From contig JBGQLU010000002.1 in the NCBI GenBank assembly GCA_041500265.1, positions 1-61,436 of the forward strand: a stretch of DNA of 61,436 nucleotides, given 5' to 3'. The position numbers and the translations under genes are program-made. This DNA comes from Acidobacteriota bacterium (lineage in GTDB: Bacteria; Acidobacteriota; Polarisedimenticolia; Polarisedimenticolales; DASRJG01). The stretch's first letter is position 1. Each line of letters starts with the position of its first letter. The notes below the pieces were generated by a model that was given only the letters and a program-made list of their open reading frames with translations, made no database searches and was not told the DNA's origin. Below, piece by piece: positions 43,168 through 52,776 of this stretch.

Positions 43168-45027
43168 TCATCTCAGGTACCCGAGGCTCTTCAATCTCTC
43201 CACCATCTCCGGGTCGTAATCGCTGGTGCCCGCCTCCGCCGCCGACCCTCGACGCCCCCATGTGGCGATCGGCGGCGGGGGCGGCGGGGCCGATTCGAAG
43301 CAACGGGCGGGGGCCCGCCCCCTCATCTCCCGGCTGGCCGGAAGCCCGAGGACCCTGAGGACGAGGGGGGCCACGTCCAGATCCCCGATCGGCGGCCCCA
43401 CGCAGGCGGGTGAGACACCCGTCGAGACGGCGGCGACGAACCCTTCGGTCTCCCGGGTCGCGCTCCTGCCCGGATCGGCCACGACGACGACCGCCCAGTC
43501 CGGCCCGCGCTCGGCGAGCCTCGAGAAGATCGCGGCGTCCAGCCAGCGGACGTACGCCTCGATCGCTTGGGCCTCGACAAGACCGGACGCCTCGCCGGTC
43601 GTCGCCCCCGCCGCCAAGCGGCCGCGCAGGATGTCGAGACCCGGGAGATACACGAACGAGGCGCGCACCGATTGGTCCTCGAGGAGCGTCTGCGCCGCGC
43701 CCCACGCGAACGCGTCGATCAAGAAGGATTCCCAAGCGATCGACGCCGTTCGCTCCGGAAGTCCCGCGAATCGAAGGTCGAACTCGCGGCGTATCTCGGG
43801 GCGCTTGCCGGCGAAGTCGGACTTCAACCTGAGGAACAGCCCTTCCGGCCGGATGTCGCGGTCCTCGCGACCGTCGCTGAGGAGCTTGGGAAGCACCCGG
43901 TCGGAGACGAGGTAGCCGGATTCGGCGTCCCCCGCGATCCCCCGCGCGGGCCAGCTCGCCCAGAAGTTGACCGACGACGACGGCGCGACGAGGCCCGCCA
44001 TCTCCCACAGCGCGCGCATCCGCCGTCCCGCGCCCGTGGCCGGCACGGTACGCACCGGAAGCAGGAACCGAAGAGCCGCGACCGCCCCGGTGGAGGCGTG
44101 CATCGCGAGCGGGGTGGCGACGCCGGGCAGCCTCGTCGCCCCGGCCCCACGGATGCCGTGGTCTTCGACCCGCATCCCCGTCGTGATGGTCGTCCAGACT
44201 TCGGCCGGCTCGAGGCCGGGGTCGCGATGCTTGGGGAACAGCGCTCCGCGGGCGAACGTCGCGAGGAGGTTCTCGGTGGCGCCCGCGGGCGTCAGGGCGG
44301 GGACGAGAGCCCCGTCGAGCCCGTCCACGCACACGACGAGCGTAGATCGCTCCACCCGGGCCGCGCTCCATGTCGACGGCGGGATCGCACCCGCGGAGGG
44401 AGATGCGGCGGGCACGACGAAGAAGGCGAGCGCGATCGGGACGAGCACCAGCAGCACGATCGCGACGGGGCGCCGGTTGCGGTCGGGGACCTCTCCGGTG
44501 CGTCCCACGATGCCCGCGAGGGAGACCAGGCCCGCGAGCCAAGCGACGAGCGCGCCGGCCGCCAGCGCGCCCGCGAGCAGGAGGAGCGTCACCCCGAGCG
44601 GGGCCCGCGGTCGCCCTCGGGCCTGCAGGATCACCAGGTATAAAAGGAGGGGCGCCGCGACGAGCAGGCCGGCGCGCAGGGCATCGCTCGGCCGCGCCCC
44701 GCGCCGGCGGGCCCATGCGACCGCGATCGCGCCGGCCCCGGCATCGAGCCCGAAGAGGACCGCGGCCGCCAGCGCCGCGAAGTAGACCCAGAGCACCACG
44801 GCGTCCCGCGGGCCGAGCAACGGCCGGTTGGCGGCGACCGTCGACGCCGCCACGAGCCCACCGAGGAGGGGCGCGCCCAAGAGCGCCGCCTTCGCGCTCG
44901 CCCGCAGCACCGTGCGTGCCGCTCCACCGGGCGCCGCGAGATCGCGGAGGAGGAAGCGCTCGATCCGCCCCTGCAGGTAGCCGCGCTCGACGAGCTTTCG
45001 CCGGACCTCTTCGTACCGCTCGGTCAT
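43168..45027 (-). CDS. membrane-anchored alkaline-phosphatase-family protein (type I phosphodiesterase/nucleotide pyrophosphatase-like)
   Basis: 619 aa. About 5 N-terminal TM helices, then LVVCVDGLDGALV...WTTITTGMRVEDHGIRG...FVYLPGLD..., and the C-terminal tail ...MVERLKSLGYLR (a similar LASLGYL occurs in the sulfatase-like gene at 26002). Confidence 0.7.
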   Translation of the reverse strand: MTERYEEVRRKLVERGYLQGRIERFLLRDLAAPGGAARTVLRASAKAALLGAPLLGGLVAASTVAANRPLLGPRDAVVLWVYFAALAAAVLFGLDAGAGAIAVAWARRRGARPSDALRAGLLVAAPLLLYLVILQARGRPRAPLGVTLLLLAGALAAGALVAWLAGLVSLAGIVGRTGEVPDRNRRPVAIVLLVLVPIALAFFVVPAASPSAGAIPPSTWSAARVERSTLVVCVDGLDGALVPALTPAGATENLLATFARGALFPKHRDPGLEPAEVWTTITTGMRVEDHGIRGAGATRLPGVATPLAMHASTGAVAALRFLLPVRTVPATGAGRRMRALWEMAGLVAPSSSVNFWASWPARGIAGDAESGYLVSDRVLPKLLSDGREDRDIRPEGLFLRLKSDFAGKRPEIRREFDLRFAGLPERTASIAWESFLIDAFAWGAAQTLLEDQSVRASFVYLPGLDILRGRLAAGATTGEASGLVEAQAIEAYVRWLDAAIFSRLAERGPDWAVVVVADPGRSATRETEGFVAAVSTGVSPACVGPPIGDLDVAPLVLRVLGLPASREMRGRAPARCFESAPPPPPPIATWGRRGSAAEAGTSDYDPEMVERLKSLGYLR

Positions 45028-45040
45028 CGTGGACGGCCGC

Positions 45041-45934
45041 TCAGCGGTCGCGCTCGCGGACCATCTCCGCCAGCCCCGCCAGCACGTGGCCCCGCTTTCC
45101 GAACGGCTCGAGCGCCAGAACGGAGGCGCCGATCAGCTCGTCGGCCAGCCGCCGTGCGCCGTCGATGCCGCACAGGTTGACGAAGGTCGTGCGGTCTCGG
45201 TCGAGGCCGGCGTCCTTGCCGGTCGTCGCCGGATCGCCGCTGTAGTCGAGGAGGTCGTCGGTGATCTGGAAAGCGAGACCGAGATTCTTCGCGTACCGGC
45301 GCAGCGCCTCGACCTCGCGGGCCCTCCCCCCGGCCGCGTGAGCGCCGAGCTCCGCCGCGGCGATGAAGAGGGCGCCGGTCTTGTGCGCGTGGACGTATTC
45401 GAGCGCTTCCAGGTCGAGCCGCTTTCCGGTCGATTCGAGGTCGACCACCTGACCGCCCACCAGCCCCTCGGCTCCGATCGCAGCCGCGAGCGAGGCGATC
45501 GAAGCGCTCCGCGTCCGCTCCTTCAGCCGCTCCGCCCCCTGGATCGCCGCGAACGCCGCGTTCAGGAGCCCGACCGCCGCGAGGATCGCGTTCGCCTCCC
45601 CCACTTCCTTGTGCAGCGTCGGCCGGCCGCGCCGCAGCGTCGCGTCGTCCATCGACGGCAGATCGTCGAGGATCAAGGACGAGGCATGGACCATCTCGAC
45701 CGCGACCGCGAGCGGCAGCGCGTCGTCCCGCTCCCCCTTCAGCATCTCGCACGCGGCGAGGACGACGATCCCCCGGAGGCGCTTCCCGGGAAGCAGGAGC
45801 GTGTAGCGCATCGCCTCGTGCAGCGCCGCTGGAGGCGTTCCCAGGGGCTGGAGGCTCGTGCCGAGCGCCTCCTCGACGGCGCGGCGCGCCTCGCCGAGGT
45901 AGGTCGAAAGATCGGCCGCCGCGACGGGGCTCAT
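45041..45934 (-). CDS. polyprenyl diphosphate synthase (FPP/GGPP synthase family)
   Basis: First and second Asp-rich motifs LILDDLPSMDDATLRRGRPT and FQITDDLLD. Start placed at ATG 45934; the ORF track begins at TTG 45943. Confidence 0.88.
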   Translation of the reverse strand: MSPVAAADLSTYLGEARRAVEEALGTSLQPLGTPPAALHEAMRYTLLLPGKRLRGIVVLAACEMLKGERDDALPLAVAVEMVHASSLILDDLPSMDDATLRRGRPTLHKEVGEANAILAAVGLLNAAFAAIQGAERLKERTRSASIASLAAAIGAEGLVGGQVVDLESTGKRLDLEALEYVHAHKTGALFIAAAELGAHAAGGRAREVEALRRYAKNLGLAFQITDDLLDYSGDPATTGKDAGLDRDRTTFVNLCGIDGARRLADELIGASVLALEPFGKRGHVLAGLAEMVRERDR

Positions 45935-45964
45935 CCTCGGCAATCTACCACGCGGGGCGGGGCG

Positions 45965-46882
45965 CTAGGGTCGCGCGAGACGGAGCCGGAAGAACTCGAC
46001 CACGCGCTCGTGATACCGCGCGAGATCGTCCGCCGACAGCCCCGAGCTCTGGGTGGCGGGAAGGGTGAGGAGGCTGCGCTCGGAGTCCTTCCGTTCGGGG
46101 AGGAGGGCGTACATCGCCTTCATCGCCTCGTCGAGCCGGCCGTCCCCCGCTGGAGCGACCAGGAGCACGTCGCGTCCCGCGAGCCCCGGGAGAAGCGCGG
46201 AAGCCCGGTGCTCGCCGATCGAGGTGCGCTGCAAGACGGTGAAGACGGCGACGGGAAGCGCGCCGAGACGCTTGACGCCGAACGGCCATCCTTCGAACGT
46301 CCGGCGCACGAGCGTCCATCCGGCGTCCGGCCAGAGCCCGTCGAGCACCAGCACCCGGAGCGCCGGACGATCGGCGGCGGCGAGCACGACCGCGTGAGCT
46401 CCCATCCCGGTTCCGTACGCGCCGAGCTTGCGAACGTCGATGCCGTCCTGCGCGAGGCCGGTCAAGAAGTCCACCGCCCCGAGGACGTCGCGCTCCTCGT
46501 TGATCCCGAGCGTCGATCCGTCCCCTCCCGAGGCCCCGTGCCCGCGGAAGTCGAAGGCGAGCACGGTGAACCCCGCCTTGTTCAGGACGATGGCGAGGTT
46601 GATGAGCGCGTTCTTGCTCGCCCCCAGATCGTGGCAGAGCACGATGCCCGGCTGGCCGGCGCGGCCGCGCAGGAGCCAGCCGGCGAGCTCGATGCCGTCG
46701 CCGGATCGGAAGGAGACCTCCTCGACCTTCGCCAGCTCCGCGCCGAGGTTCGACGCGGCCGGCCGCTGCCGGTCGGGGTGGGTCACGCGCTCCACCTGGA
46801 CCGACACGGCCCCGACGGCGACGACCCCGCCGAGCAGGACGACGAGCACGATCGCTCCCGGGACGGACCTCCAGAATCTCAT
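45965..46882 (-). CDS. alpha/beta hydrolase with N-terminal membrane anchor
   Basis: Start trimmed to ATG 46882. MRFWRSVPGAIVLVVLLGGVVAVGAV anchor, then GIVLCHDLGASK...AFDFRGHGASGG...YGTGMGAHAV, a G-x-G-x-G nucleophile-elbow-like motif with no Ser in the usual position. Confidence 0.78.
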   Translation of the reverse strand: MRFWRSVPGAIVLVVLLGGVVAVGAVSVQVERVTHPDRQRPAASNLGAELAKVEEVSFRSGDGIELAGWLLRGRAGQPGIVLCHDLGASKNALINLAIVLNKAGFTVLAFDFRGHGASGGDGSTLGINEERDVLGAVDFLTGLAQDGIDVRKLGAYGTGMGAHAVVLAAADRPALRVLVLDGLWPDAGWTLVRRTFEGWPFGVKRLGALPVAVFTVLQRTSIGEHRASALLPGLAGRDVLLVAPAGDGRLDEAMKAMYALLPERKDSERSLLTLPATQSSGLSADDLARYHERVVEFFRLRLARP

Positions 46883-46951
46883 GCGTCGTGCAATATAAGG
46901 ACCCCCGCGGGCCGCGAACAAGGTCCCGGACCGACGAGGTCGCCCCGGCCG

Positions 46952-49054
46952 ATGACGCCACGCGCCCGTTTCTTCCTCCGCATCGCCCTCGCGGCGACCG
47001 CCACGCTTTTGTTCGCGCATGCGTGGGCCTACCGGTTCCTGTGCGACGACGCCTTTATTTCGTTCCGCTACGCCAGGAACCTCGCCCTCGGGCACGGCCT
47101 CGTCTTCAACCCCGGCGGCCCGGCGGTCGAGGGGTACACGAACTTCCTCTGGGTCCTCATCCTGGCCGCCGGGCAGCGAGCCGGGGTCGCGCCGGAGCAT
47201 GCGGCCCTCCCGCTCCTCCTCACGGCGACCGTCGGACTGTGGGCGATCGTCGTGGGGTGGCAGGCGCGGAACGATGGGGCCTCCGCCTGGGCTCGCATCA
47301 CTCCCCCGCTGCTCCTCGCGGCGACGCGGACCACGGCGGTCTGGTCGACGAGCGGTCTCGAGACACGGCTCTTCGAGCTCCTCGCGGTCGCCGGGGTCCT
47401 GCGCCTACTGATCGAGCTCGAAGACGACGCCCGCGACCTGCCGTCCCTGCGGCCCTGGTCCGGGTGGCTCCTCGCGGCCGCGACCCTCACCCGCCCCGAC
47501 GGCGCCCTGGTGGGCGCCATGGCCCTCGCCGCCGGGTGGGCCGCCTCGCCGTCGCGGGCCCGGCGGCTCCGGTCCTGGGGATTGCGCGCGGCGGGGTTCG
47601 TGCTTCCGCTCGTGGCGCACGAAGCGTTCCGCCTTGCCACGTACGGCGCGTGGCTTCCGAACACGTTCGCCGCGAAAGTGGGCGGGCGAACCTGGTGGGA
47701 CATGGGGTTCGTCTACGTGGGAGCCTTCGCGCTCGAGTACGGCGTCTTCTTGTGGCTCCCGCTGCTGGCGCTCGCCTGCCACCGGCACCTGCGCCGCGGA
47801 ACCGGGCGCGTTCCGCTCGTCTTCGCCGCGGCGACCCTCCCTCACGTCCTTTATGTCGTCGCGATCGGCGGCGACCACTTCGAGTACCGCCCCCTGGGAT
47901 TGCTGGTGATCTTCGCGGCGCTCCTGATCGGGGATGGTCTCGCCGAGGCGGCGGAGCTCCGCGGAGCACCGGTCGCGGCGGCGGCGCTGGCAGCGGTGCT
48001 GTTCGGCATCACGTGGCTTCCTGCGAGGTCGCACCTTCAGTACCCGGCGGAGCGATACCGGAACACCTTCCCGGGAGGCTGGGGAGAGGACGACGCGGCG
48101 GAACGCTGGCTCGATCCGGCCGCGGATCCCGTGCTCGGCTCGCCCCTGATCCGCGCGTGGCCGCGGGCGCATCGAGCGGCCCTCGACGTTATCTCGCGTT
48201 CGGCGGTCGGGCTCCGTCAGGAAGAACATGCCCTGTTCCTCGGCACCGTCCGTCCCGAGGGGGAAGCCGTTCGCGCCGCGATCGGCGCGGGCCGGATTCC
48301 CGCGAACTTGCACGTCGCGCTCGCCTGCGTTGGAGCGATCCCGTACCTCTCCGGCCTGCGCACCCTCGATCTTCTCGGCCTGACCGATGCGCAGGTCGCG
48401 AGGATGCCCGCGGTGAGCTCCCGCCGAGTCCTCGCCCACGAGCAGCGCGACACGGCGGCCTACGAGCGCGCGGCCGGAGTCGATCTTCGCTGCCTGCGCG
48501 CCGCCCACCTCCTCTATCCGGTGGACGACGCGGACCTCCTGAAGTCGGTCGTGCGGGCCGTCGGACGCGGGTCCCACCCGGAGGCGGCGCGCACCGACCC
48601 CGGGCACTGGCTGGTCGGGACGTTGCCGCAAGGGGCCGAGGCCACGCGCGCGCGGTTCCCGGATCTACGCTTCTCGGATCTGGCCGATCCGACGGCGCTC
48701 GATGCGTTCGTCGCGGTCTCGGCCGAAGCGCTCGCGGCTCGCCATCGGGCGGCGCCGCGCGATCTCGACGTGACGATCGCTCTCGGGCAGGCGCGCCTGC
48801 TCCAAGGGAAGGGCGACGACGCACGCGCCCTGTTCGAGGACGCGATCGAAGCCGCCCCCGAGCGGCTCGCCGCCTGGGTCGGCCTCGCCGCCGCGCGGGC
48901 CGCGACCGGCGATCGCCCGGGCGCCTCCGCCGCGGTGGCGCAAGCGCTCGCCCTGGCCCGTCGGCGGGGCTCCGCGGAGGACCGGGCCGAAATCGAGGCG
49001 CTCGCCGCCCGGCTCTCCGGGGCGGGCGGTCAGACCCCGCCCAGCGCCCGGTAG
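46952..49054 (+). CDS. GT-C-like membrane glycosyltransferase, DDA[YF]I-motif family (paralog 2) with C-terminal TPR
   Basis: Start trimmed to ATG 46952. FLCDDAFISFRYARNLALGHGLVFNPGGPAVEGYTNFLWVLILAAG aligns with the gene at 33108. A TPR-like tail follows. The long upstream part of ORF 45029..49054 is antisense to real genes. Confidence 0.7.
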   Translation: MTPRARFFLRIALAATATLLFAHAWAYRFLCDDAFISFRYARNLALGHGLVFNPGGPAVEGYTNFLWVLILAAGQRAGVAPEHAALPLLLTATVGLWAIVVGWQARNDGASAWARITPPLLLAATRTTAVWSTSGLETRLFELLAVAGVLRLLIELEDDARDLPSLRPWSGWLLAAATLTRPDGALVGAMALAAGWAASPSRARRLRSWGLRAAGFVLPLVAHEAFRLATYGAWLPNTFAAKVGGRTWWDMGFVYVGAFALEYGVFLWLPLLALACHRHLRRGTGRVPLVFAAATLPHVLYVVAIGGDHFEYRPLGLLVIFAALLIGDGLAEAAELRGAPVAAAALAAVLFGITWLPARSHLQYPAERYRNTFPGGWGEDDAAERWLDPAADPVLGSPLIRAWPRAHRAALDVISRSAVGLRQEEHALFLGTVRPEGEAVRAAIGAGRIPANLHVALACVGAIPYLSGLRTLDLLGLTDAQVARMPAVSSRRVLAHEQRDTAAYERAAGVDLRCLRAAHLLYPVDDADLLKSVVRAVGRGSHPEAARTDPGHWLVGTLPQGAEATRARFPDLRFSDLADPTALDAFVAVSAEALAARHRAAPRDLDVTIALGQARLLQGKGDDARALFEDAIEAAPERLAAWVGLAAARAATGDRPGASAAVAQALALARRRGSAEDRAEIEALAARLSGAGGQTPPSAR

Positions 49055-50874
49055 AACGCCTCGAGACGGGGAAGCGTGCTCCCTTCCCCTCTCAGGGCCG
49101 AGGCGATCGCGAGCGCCTCGTCGCGCCGTCCGGTCGCGGCGAGAACGGTCGCCAGCGCGTAGCGCGCCTCGGGGGATTCCGGCTCGAGCGCGATCGCCTG
49201 GCGGTACTCCGATTCCGCCTCGGGAAGACGCCGAAGGGCGGCGTGGACCTTCCCCCGAAGGAGGTGGGTGCGCGCGCAGCTCGGATCGATCGCGAGCGCT
49301 CGGTCGACGAGATCCCCCGCTCCGGCGGCATCGCCGGCCGCGAGCCGCTCCGCCGCCCGGTTCTCCCACCGCGTGGACTCGACGGGGACGAGGTGCGTTC
49401 GCCCGGGCCGCCACGGGTAGACCTCGAGGATCGCGGGCTCGGGGTCGGCGACGAAGAGCGGCTCGACGTTCGAGACCTCGAGCCAGTTCCGGAGCACGGC
49501 GAGATGGGTGACGTGGCGCCGGGCGAACAGATCGGTCAGGTACGGGGCCGGATCGGGATCGTGAAGATGAGGGACGACCTCGGGGTCGATCAGGCCCGCG
49601 AGATCCACGATCCGGCGGCGCGAGTAGAAGGCGATCGCGCCGATGTCGTGAGTCGCGATCACCGCATCCGCCGGCGTGTTGGCCAGGAGCCAGCGGCCGC
49701 ACGCCTCGTGGCGGACGGCGTGGTAGCGGCAGAAGGAGGCGTATTCGGAGATCGCGGCCCGGGCGGCGAGAGCGTGAGGGATCGTCACGGCGAGGGCGAC
49801 CGCGGCGGCCACCGCCGTGCGGACCGTACGGCTGCCGCGGGCCAAGGCTCGGAACGCGTCTCGGCCGATCCCGGCGGCCAGGATCGCCGCCGCGGGGAGC
49901 AACGGAACGAGATACCGTGCGAACCGGTGCGGGTACGGGAGCGCGATCGCGTAGGCGAGCGGAAGGGCGACGAGCCACCCGGCCTCCGGCCGGAACGGGC
50001 CGCGCCGCCGGAGGACGACCTCGCGTATCTCGCGCCCGAGCCCGACGACCGCGAGCGCGCCGACGACGACCCATCCGCCGCTGGCGAAGAGGCCCAGCAC
50101 GTCGCGCTTCAGGAACGCCGAGCGAGAGAGACCACCGTAGTAGGCGGTCTTCGCGGCGAAGGTGTTGGGAAGGAGGTGCCCGCCGGTTCCCAGGTTGAAG
50201 AGGGCGTACGCGGCGACGATCCCGGAAAGGATCGCCACGGGACGCCACGGCGCCGGCTGGTTCGCATCCTCGCGATCGAGCGCGCGAGCGAGCGCGCCAT
50301 CGATAGCGAAAACCCCCGCCAAGATGAGCCCTTCCGGACGCGTCCAGACCGACGCCCCGACCGCGCAGGCGCACGCCGTCGTGCGCCCGCGGGTCCACGC
50401 GGAAAACGCGGCGGCGATCGTCAGGAGAAAGAGGCTCGTCTCCATGCCGGAGGCGGACAGGAGCGCGATCCGGCCGTCCCAGCCGAGCAGAAGCACCACG
50501 GCCGCCGCGGCGGCCGCGGAATCGAGCCGGGCCTTCGCCCAAGCCCCCACGGCGAGCAGGAACCCCGCCTGCGCGCCGATGCCGAGCGCGTAAGCGAGCC
50601 ACTTCTCGTGCGAGGTGAAAAGGAACCCGGCGGCGAGGAGCAGCGTGTATAGAGGCGACGTCGATCCCGCGGTCGCCGCATCGCCGGGGAAGTAGGCGAA
50701 GCTCCCGTGCTCGCTCAAGGTCCGGGCGAACGTGAGGTGGATCCAGGGGTCGTCGAGCGGGAAGCCGTCGAAGCCGTTCCGGTGACTCGCGATCGCGACC
50801 AGCGCCAGCGAGAAGGCGACCCCCGCGCCGGCCGCGAGAACCAGGGTCGCGCGCTCCCGCGCCGGACGCGTCAT
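49030..50874 (-). CDS. GT-C-like polytopic membrane protein with C-terminal TPR (distant paralog of the DDA[YF]I family)
   Basis: Start trimmed to ATG 50874, an ATGA overlap with the uvrC stop. FPLDDPWIHLTFARTLSEHGSFAYFPGDAATAGSTSPLYTLLLAAGF, about 11 TM segments, then TPRs (CARTHLLRGKVHAALRRLPEAESEYRQAIALEPESPEARYALATVLA). Confidence 0.65.
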   Translation of the reverse strand: MTRPARERATLVLAAGAGVAFSLALVAIASHRNGFDGFPLDDPWIHLTFARTLSEHGSFAYFPGDAATAGSTSPLYTLLLAAGFLFTSHEKWLAYALGIGAQAGFLLAVGAWAKARLDSAAAAAAVVLLLGWDGRIALLSASGMETSLFLLTIAAAFSAWTRGRTTACACAVGASVWTRPEGLILAGVFAIDGALARALDREDANQPAPWRPVAILSGIVAAYALFNLGTGGHLLPNTFAAKTAYYGGLSRSAFLKRDVLGLFASGGWVVVGALAVVGLGREIREVVLRRRGPFRPEAGWLVALPLAYAIALPYPHRFARYLVPLLPAAAILAAGIGRDAFRALARGSRTVRTAVAAAVALAVTIPHALAARAAISEYASFCRYHAVRHEACGRWLLANTPADAVIATHDIGAIAFYSRRRIVDLAGLIDPEVVPHLHDPDPAPYLTDLFARRHVTHLAVLRNWLEVSNVEPLFVADPEPAILEVYPWRPGRTHLVPVESTRWENRAAERLAAGDAAGAGDLVDRALAIDPSCARTHLLRGKVHAALRRLPEAESEYRQAIALEPESPEARYALATVLAATGRRDEALAIASALRGEGSTLPRLEAFYRALGGV

Positions 50875-52700
50875 CGCGAGGCGGCCCCCCGGCCCGCGTC
50901 CGGAGCCTTGGCCCAGAGGGCGATCGCCTCGGCCACGCGCCCTCCCGCCACGCGGGCCACCGCCTGGCGCTCCGCCGCCTTGACCCCTTCGACGCTCCCG
51001 AACGCCTTCAGCAGCTTCTTCGCGAGCCCCGGCCCGACCCCGGGCACGTCGAGGAGCGCCGTCGTGATCGTGCGGCGGGCTCGCTTCGCCCGGTGGCGCG
51101 TGATGCCGAAGCGGTGGGCCTCGTCGCGGATCCGCTGCAAGAGCTGGAGCGCCGGGGAGGCGCGGTCGAGCCGGACGGGCTCGCCGGATCCCTGGACGAA
51201 GATCTCCTCCTCGCGCTTGGCCAGCGAGATCACCGGAAGCGTCGGGAGCCCCTCCGCGGTCAGGGCGCGCACCGCGGCGCCGAGCTGGCCCGGCCCTCCA
51301 TCGATGAGCACGAGATCGGGGAGGCGGCGCCCTTCGGCGATCAGGCGCCGGTAGCGGCGCGTCACCGCCTCCGCGATCGACGCGAAATCGTCGGGGCCGG
51401 TGACCGACTTGATGTTGAAGATCCGGTAGTCCGAGGATTTCGACCTCCCCCCCTCCCAGACCACCATCGACGCGACCGAATCGGTCCCGTGGATGTTCGA
51501 GACGTCGAAGCACTCGATCCGGTACGGCGGCTCGGGAAGGCCGAGCGCCTCGGCGAGCGCCTCCAGGACCGCGACACCGTGGCTGTGCCGCGCCCGGAAC
51601 CGGGCGTCGAAGGCGATCGCGGCGTTCTTGTCCACGAGCGCGAGGAAGCGGCGCTTCGTCCCCCGCTCCGGGACGTGCAGCGCGACCTTCCCTCCGCGCC
51701 GCTCGGCCAGCCACTGCTCGAGCAGCGGCGCGTCCGCCGGGAGCGCGGGGAGGTAGATCTCGGGGGGCGGGGGCGCGTCGGCGTAGAGCTGCACGAGCAC
51801 CTGCGCGTAGAACCCCGGCGGGTCGAAGTCCAGATCGTCGAAGGTGAACTCGCGCCGCGCCTGGATCTTCCCGCCGCGCATCTCGAAGATCTGGAGGGCG
51901 GCTTGCCGTCCTTCGGCGTGATGAGCGAGGTAGTCCTGATCTTCGAGGCCGGCCGACGCGATGTTCTGGCGGACGGCGAGGCGTTCCACGGTTCGCAGCG
52001 TGTCGCGGTAGCGCGCGGCCCTTTCGAAGTGGAGCCCTTCCGAGGCTTCCCGCATGTGCCGCTCCAGCGAGGCCGTGAGGTCCTTGTGCCGCCCCTCGAG
52101 AAAGAGCTTCGCATCCGCGACCGCGGCGCCGTACTCCTCCGGAGTCGTCTTCCCGGCGCACGGCGCCAGGCACTGGTCGAGGTGGTAGTAGAGGCACGGC
52201 CGCCGCTTCCCGTCGAACACCTCGTTGCACGTGGCGACCTGGAAGAACTTCGGGATCATCTTCAACGAGCGGCGCGCGACCGACGCCGGAATGAACGGAC
52301 CGAAGTAGGCGTTCCTGTCGAGGCGCGCGCGCCGGACGAGCGACACCCGCGGGTAGACGTCCTCGAGCGAGAGCTTCAGGTAAGGGAAGCTCTTGTCGTC
52401 CCGGAGCACGATGTTGAACGGTGGACGGTCTCGCTTGATCAGGTTCGCCTCGAGTATCACGGCCTCGAGCTCGGTGTCGACGACGATGAACTCGAGGTCC
52501 GCGATCTCCTCGACCAGCCGCGCGGTGCGCGGCGGATGCTGCGCGCCGGGCTGGAAGTACGAGCGCACGCGCGACCGGAGGGATTTCGCCTTGCCGACGT
52601 AGAGGAGCTCGCCCGAGACGCCGCGGTAGAGGTAGACCCCCGGTCGATCCGGAAGCCCGTCGAGCTTGGCGCGGAGGGGCGAGGGGGTCGAGGCGTCCAT
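50871..52700 (-). CDS. uvrC: excinuclease ABC subunit C
   Basis: 609 aa. GIY-YIG N-terminus (GVYLYRGVSGELLYVGKAKSLRSRVRSYF), UvrBC domain, RNase H-like endonuclease domain, and C-terminal (HhH)2. Confidence 0.93.
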   Translation of the reverse strand: MDASTPSPLRAKLDGLPDRPGVYLYRGVSGELLYVGKAKSLRSRVRSYFQPGAQHPPRTARLVEEIADLEFIVVDTELEAVILEANLIKRDRPPFNIVLRDDKSFPYLKLSLEDVYPRVSLVRRARLDRNAYFGPFIPASVARRSLKMIPKFFQVATCNEVFDGKRRPCLYYHLDQCLAPCAGKTTPEEYGAAVADAKLFLEGRHKDLTASLERHMREASEGLHFERAARYRDTLRTVERLAVRQNIASAGLEDQDYLAHHAEGRQAALQIFEMRGGKIQARREFTFDDLDFDPPGFYAQVLVQLYADAPPPPEIYLPALPADAPLLEQWLAERRGGKVALHVPERGTKRRFLALVDKNAAIAFDARFRARHSHGVAVLEALAEALGLPEPPYRIECFDVSNIHGTDSVASMVVWEGGRSKSSDYRIFNIKSVTGPDDFASIAEAVTRRYRRLIAEGRRLPDLVLIDGGPGQLGAAVRALTAEGLPTLPVISLAKREEEIFVQGSGEPVRLDRASPALQLLQRIRDEAHRFGITRHRAKRARRTITTALLDVPGVGPGLAKKLLKAFGSVEGVKAAERQAVARVAGGRVAEAIALWAKAPDAGRGAASR

Positions 52701-52776
52701 GGCGCCCGATTCTACGATCCGCGCGGGGGGACCGCCCCCGAAGCGGGGCGCCTCGGTCGGTTATGATCGTCCGTCC

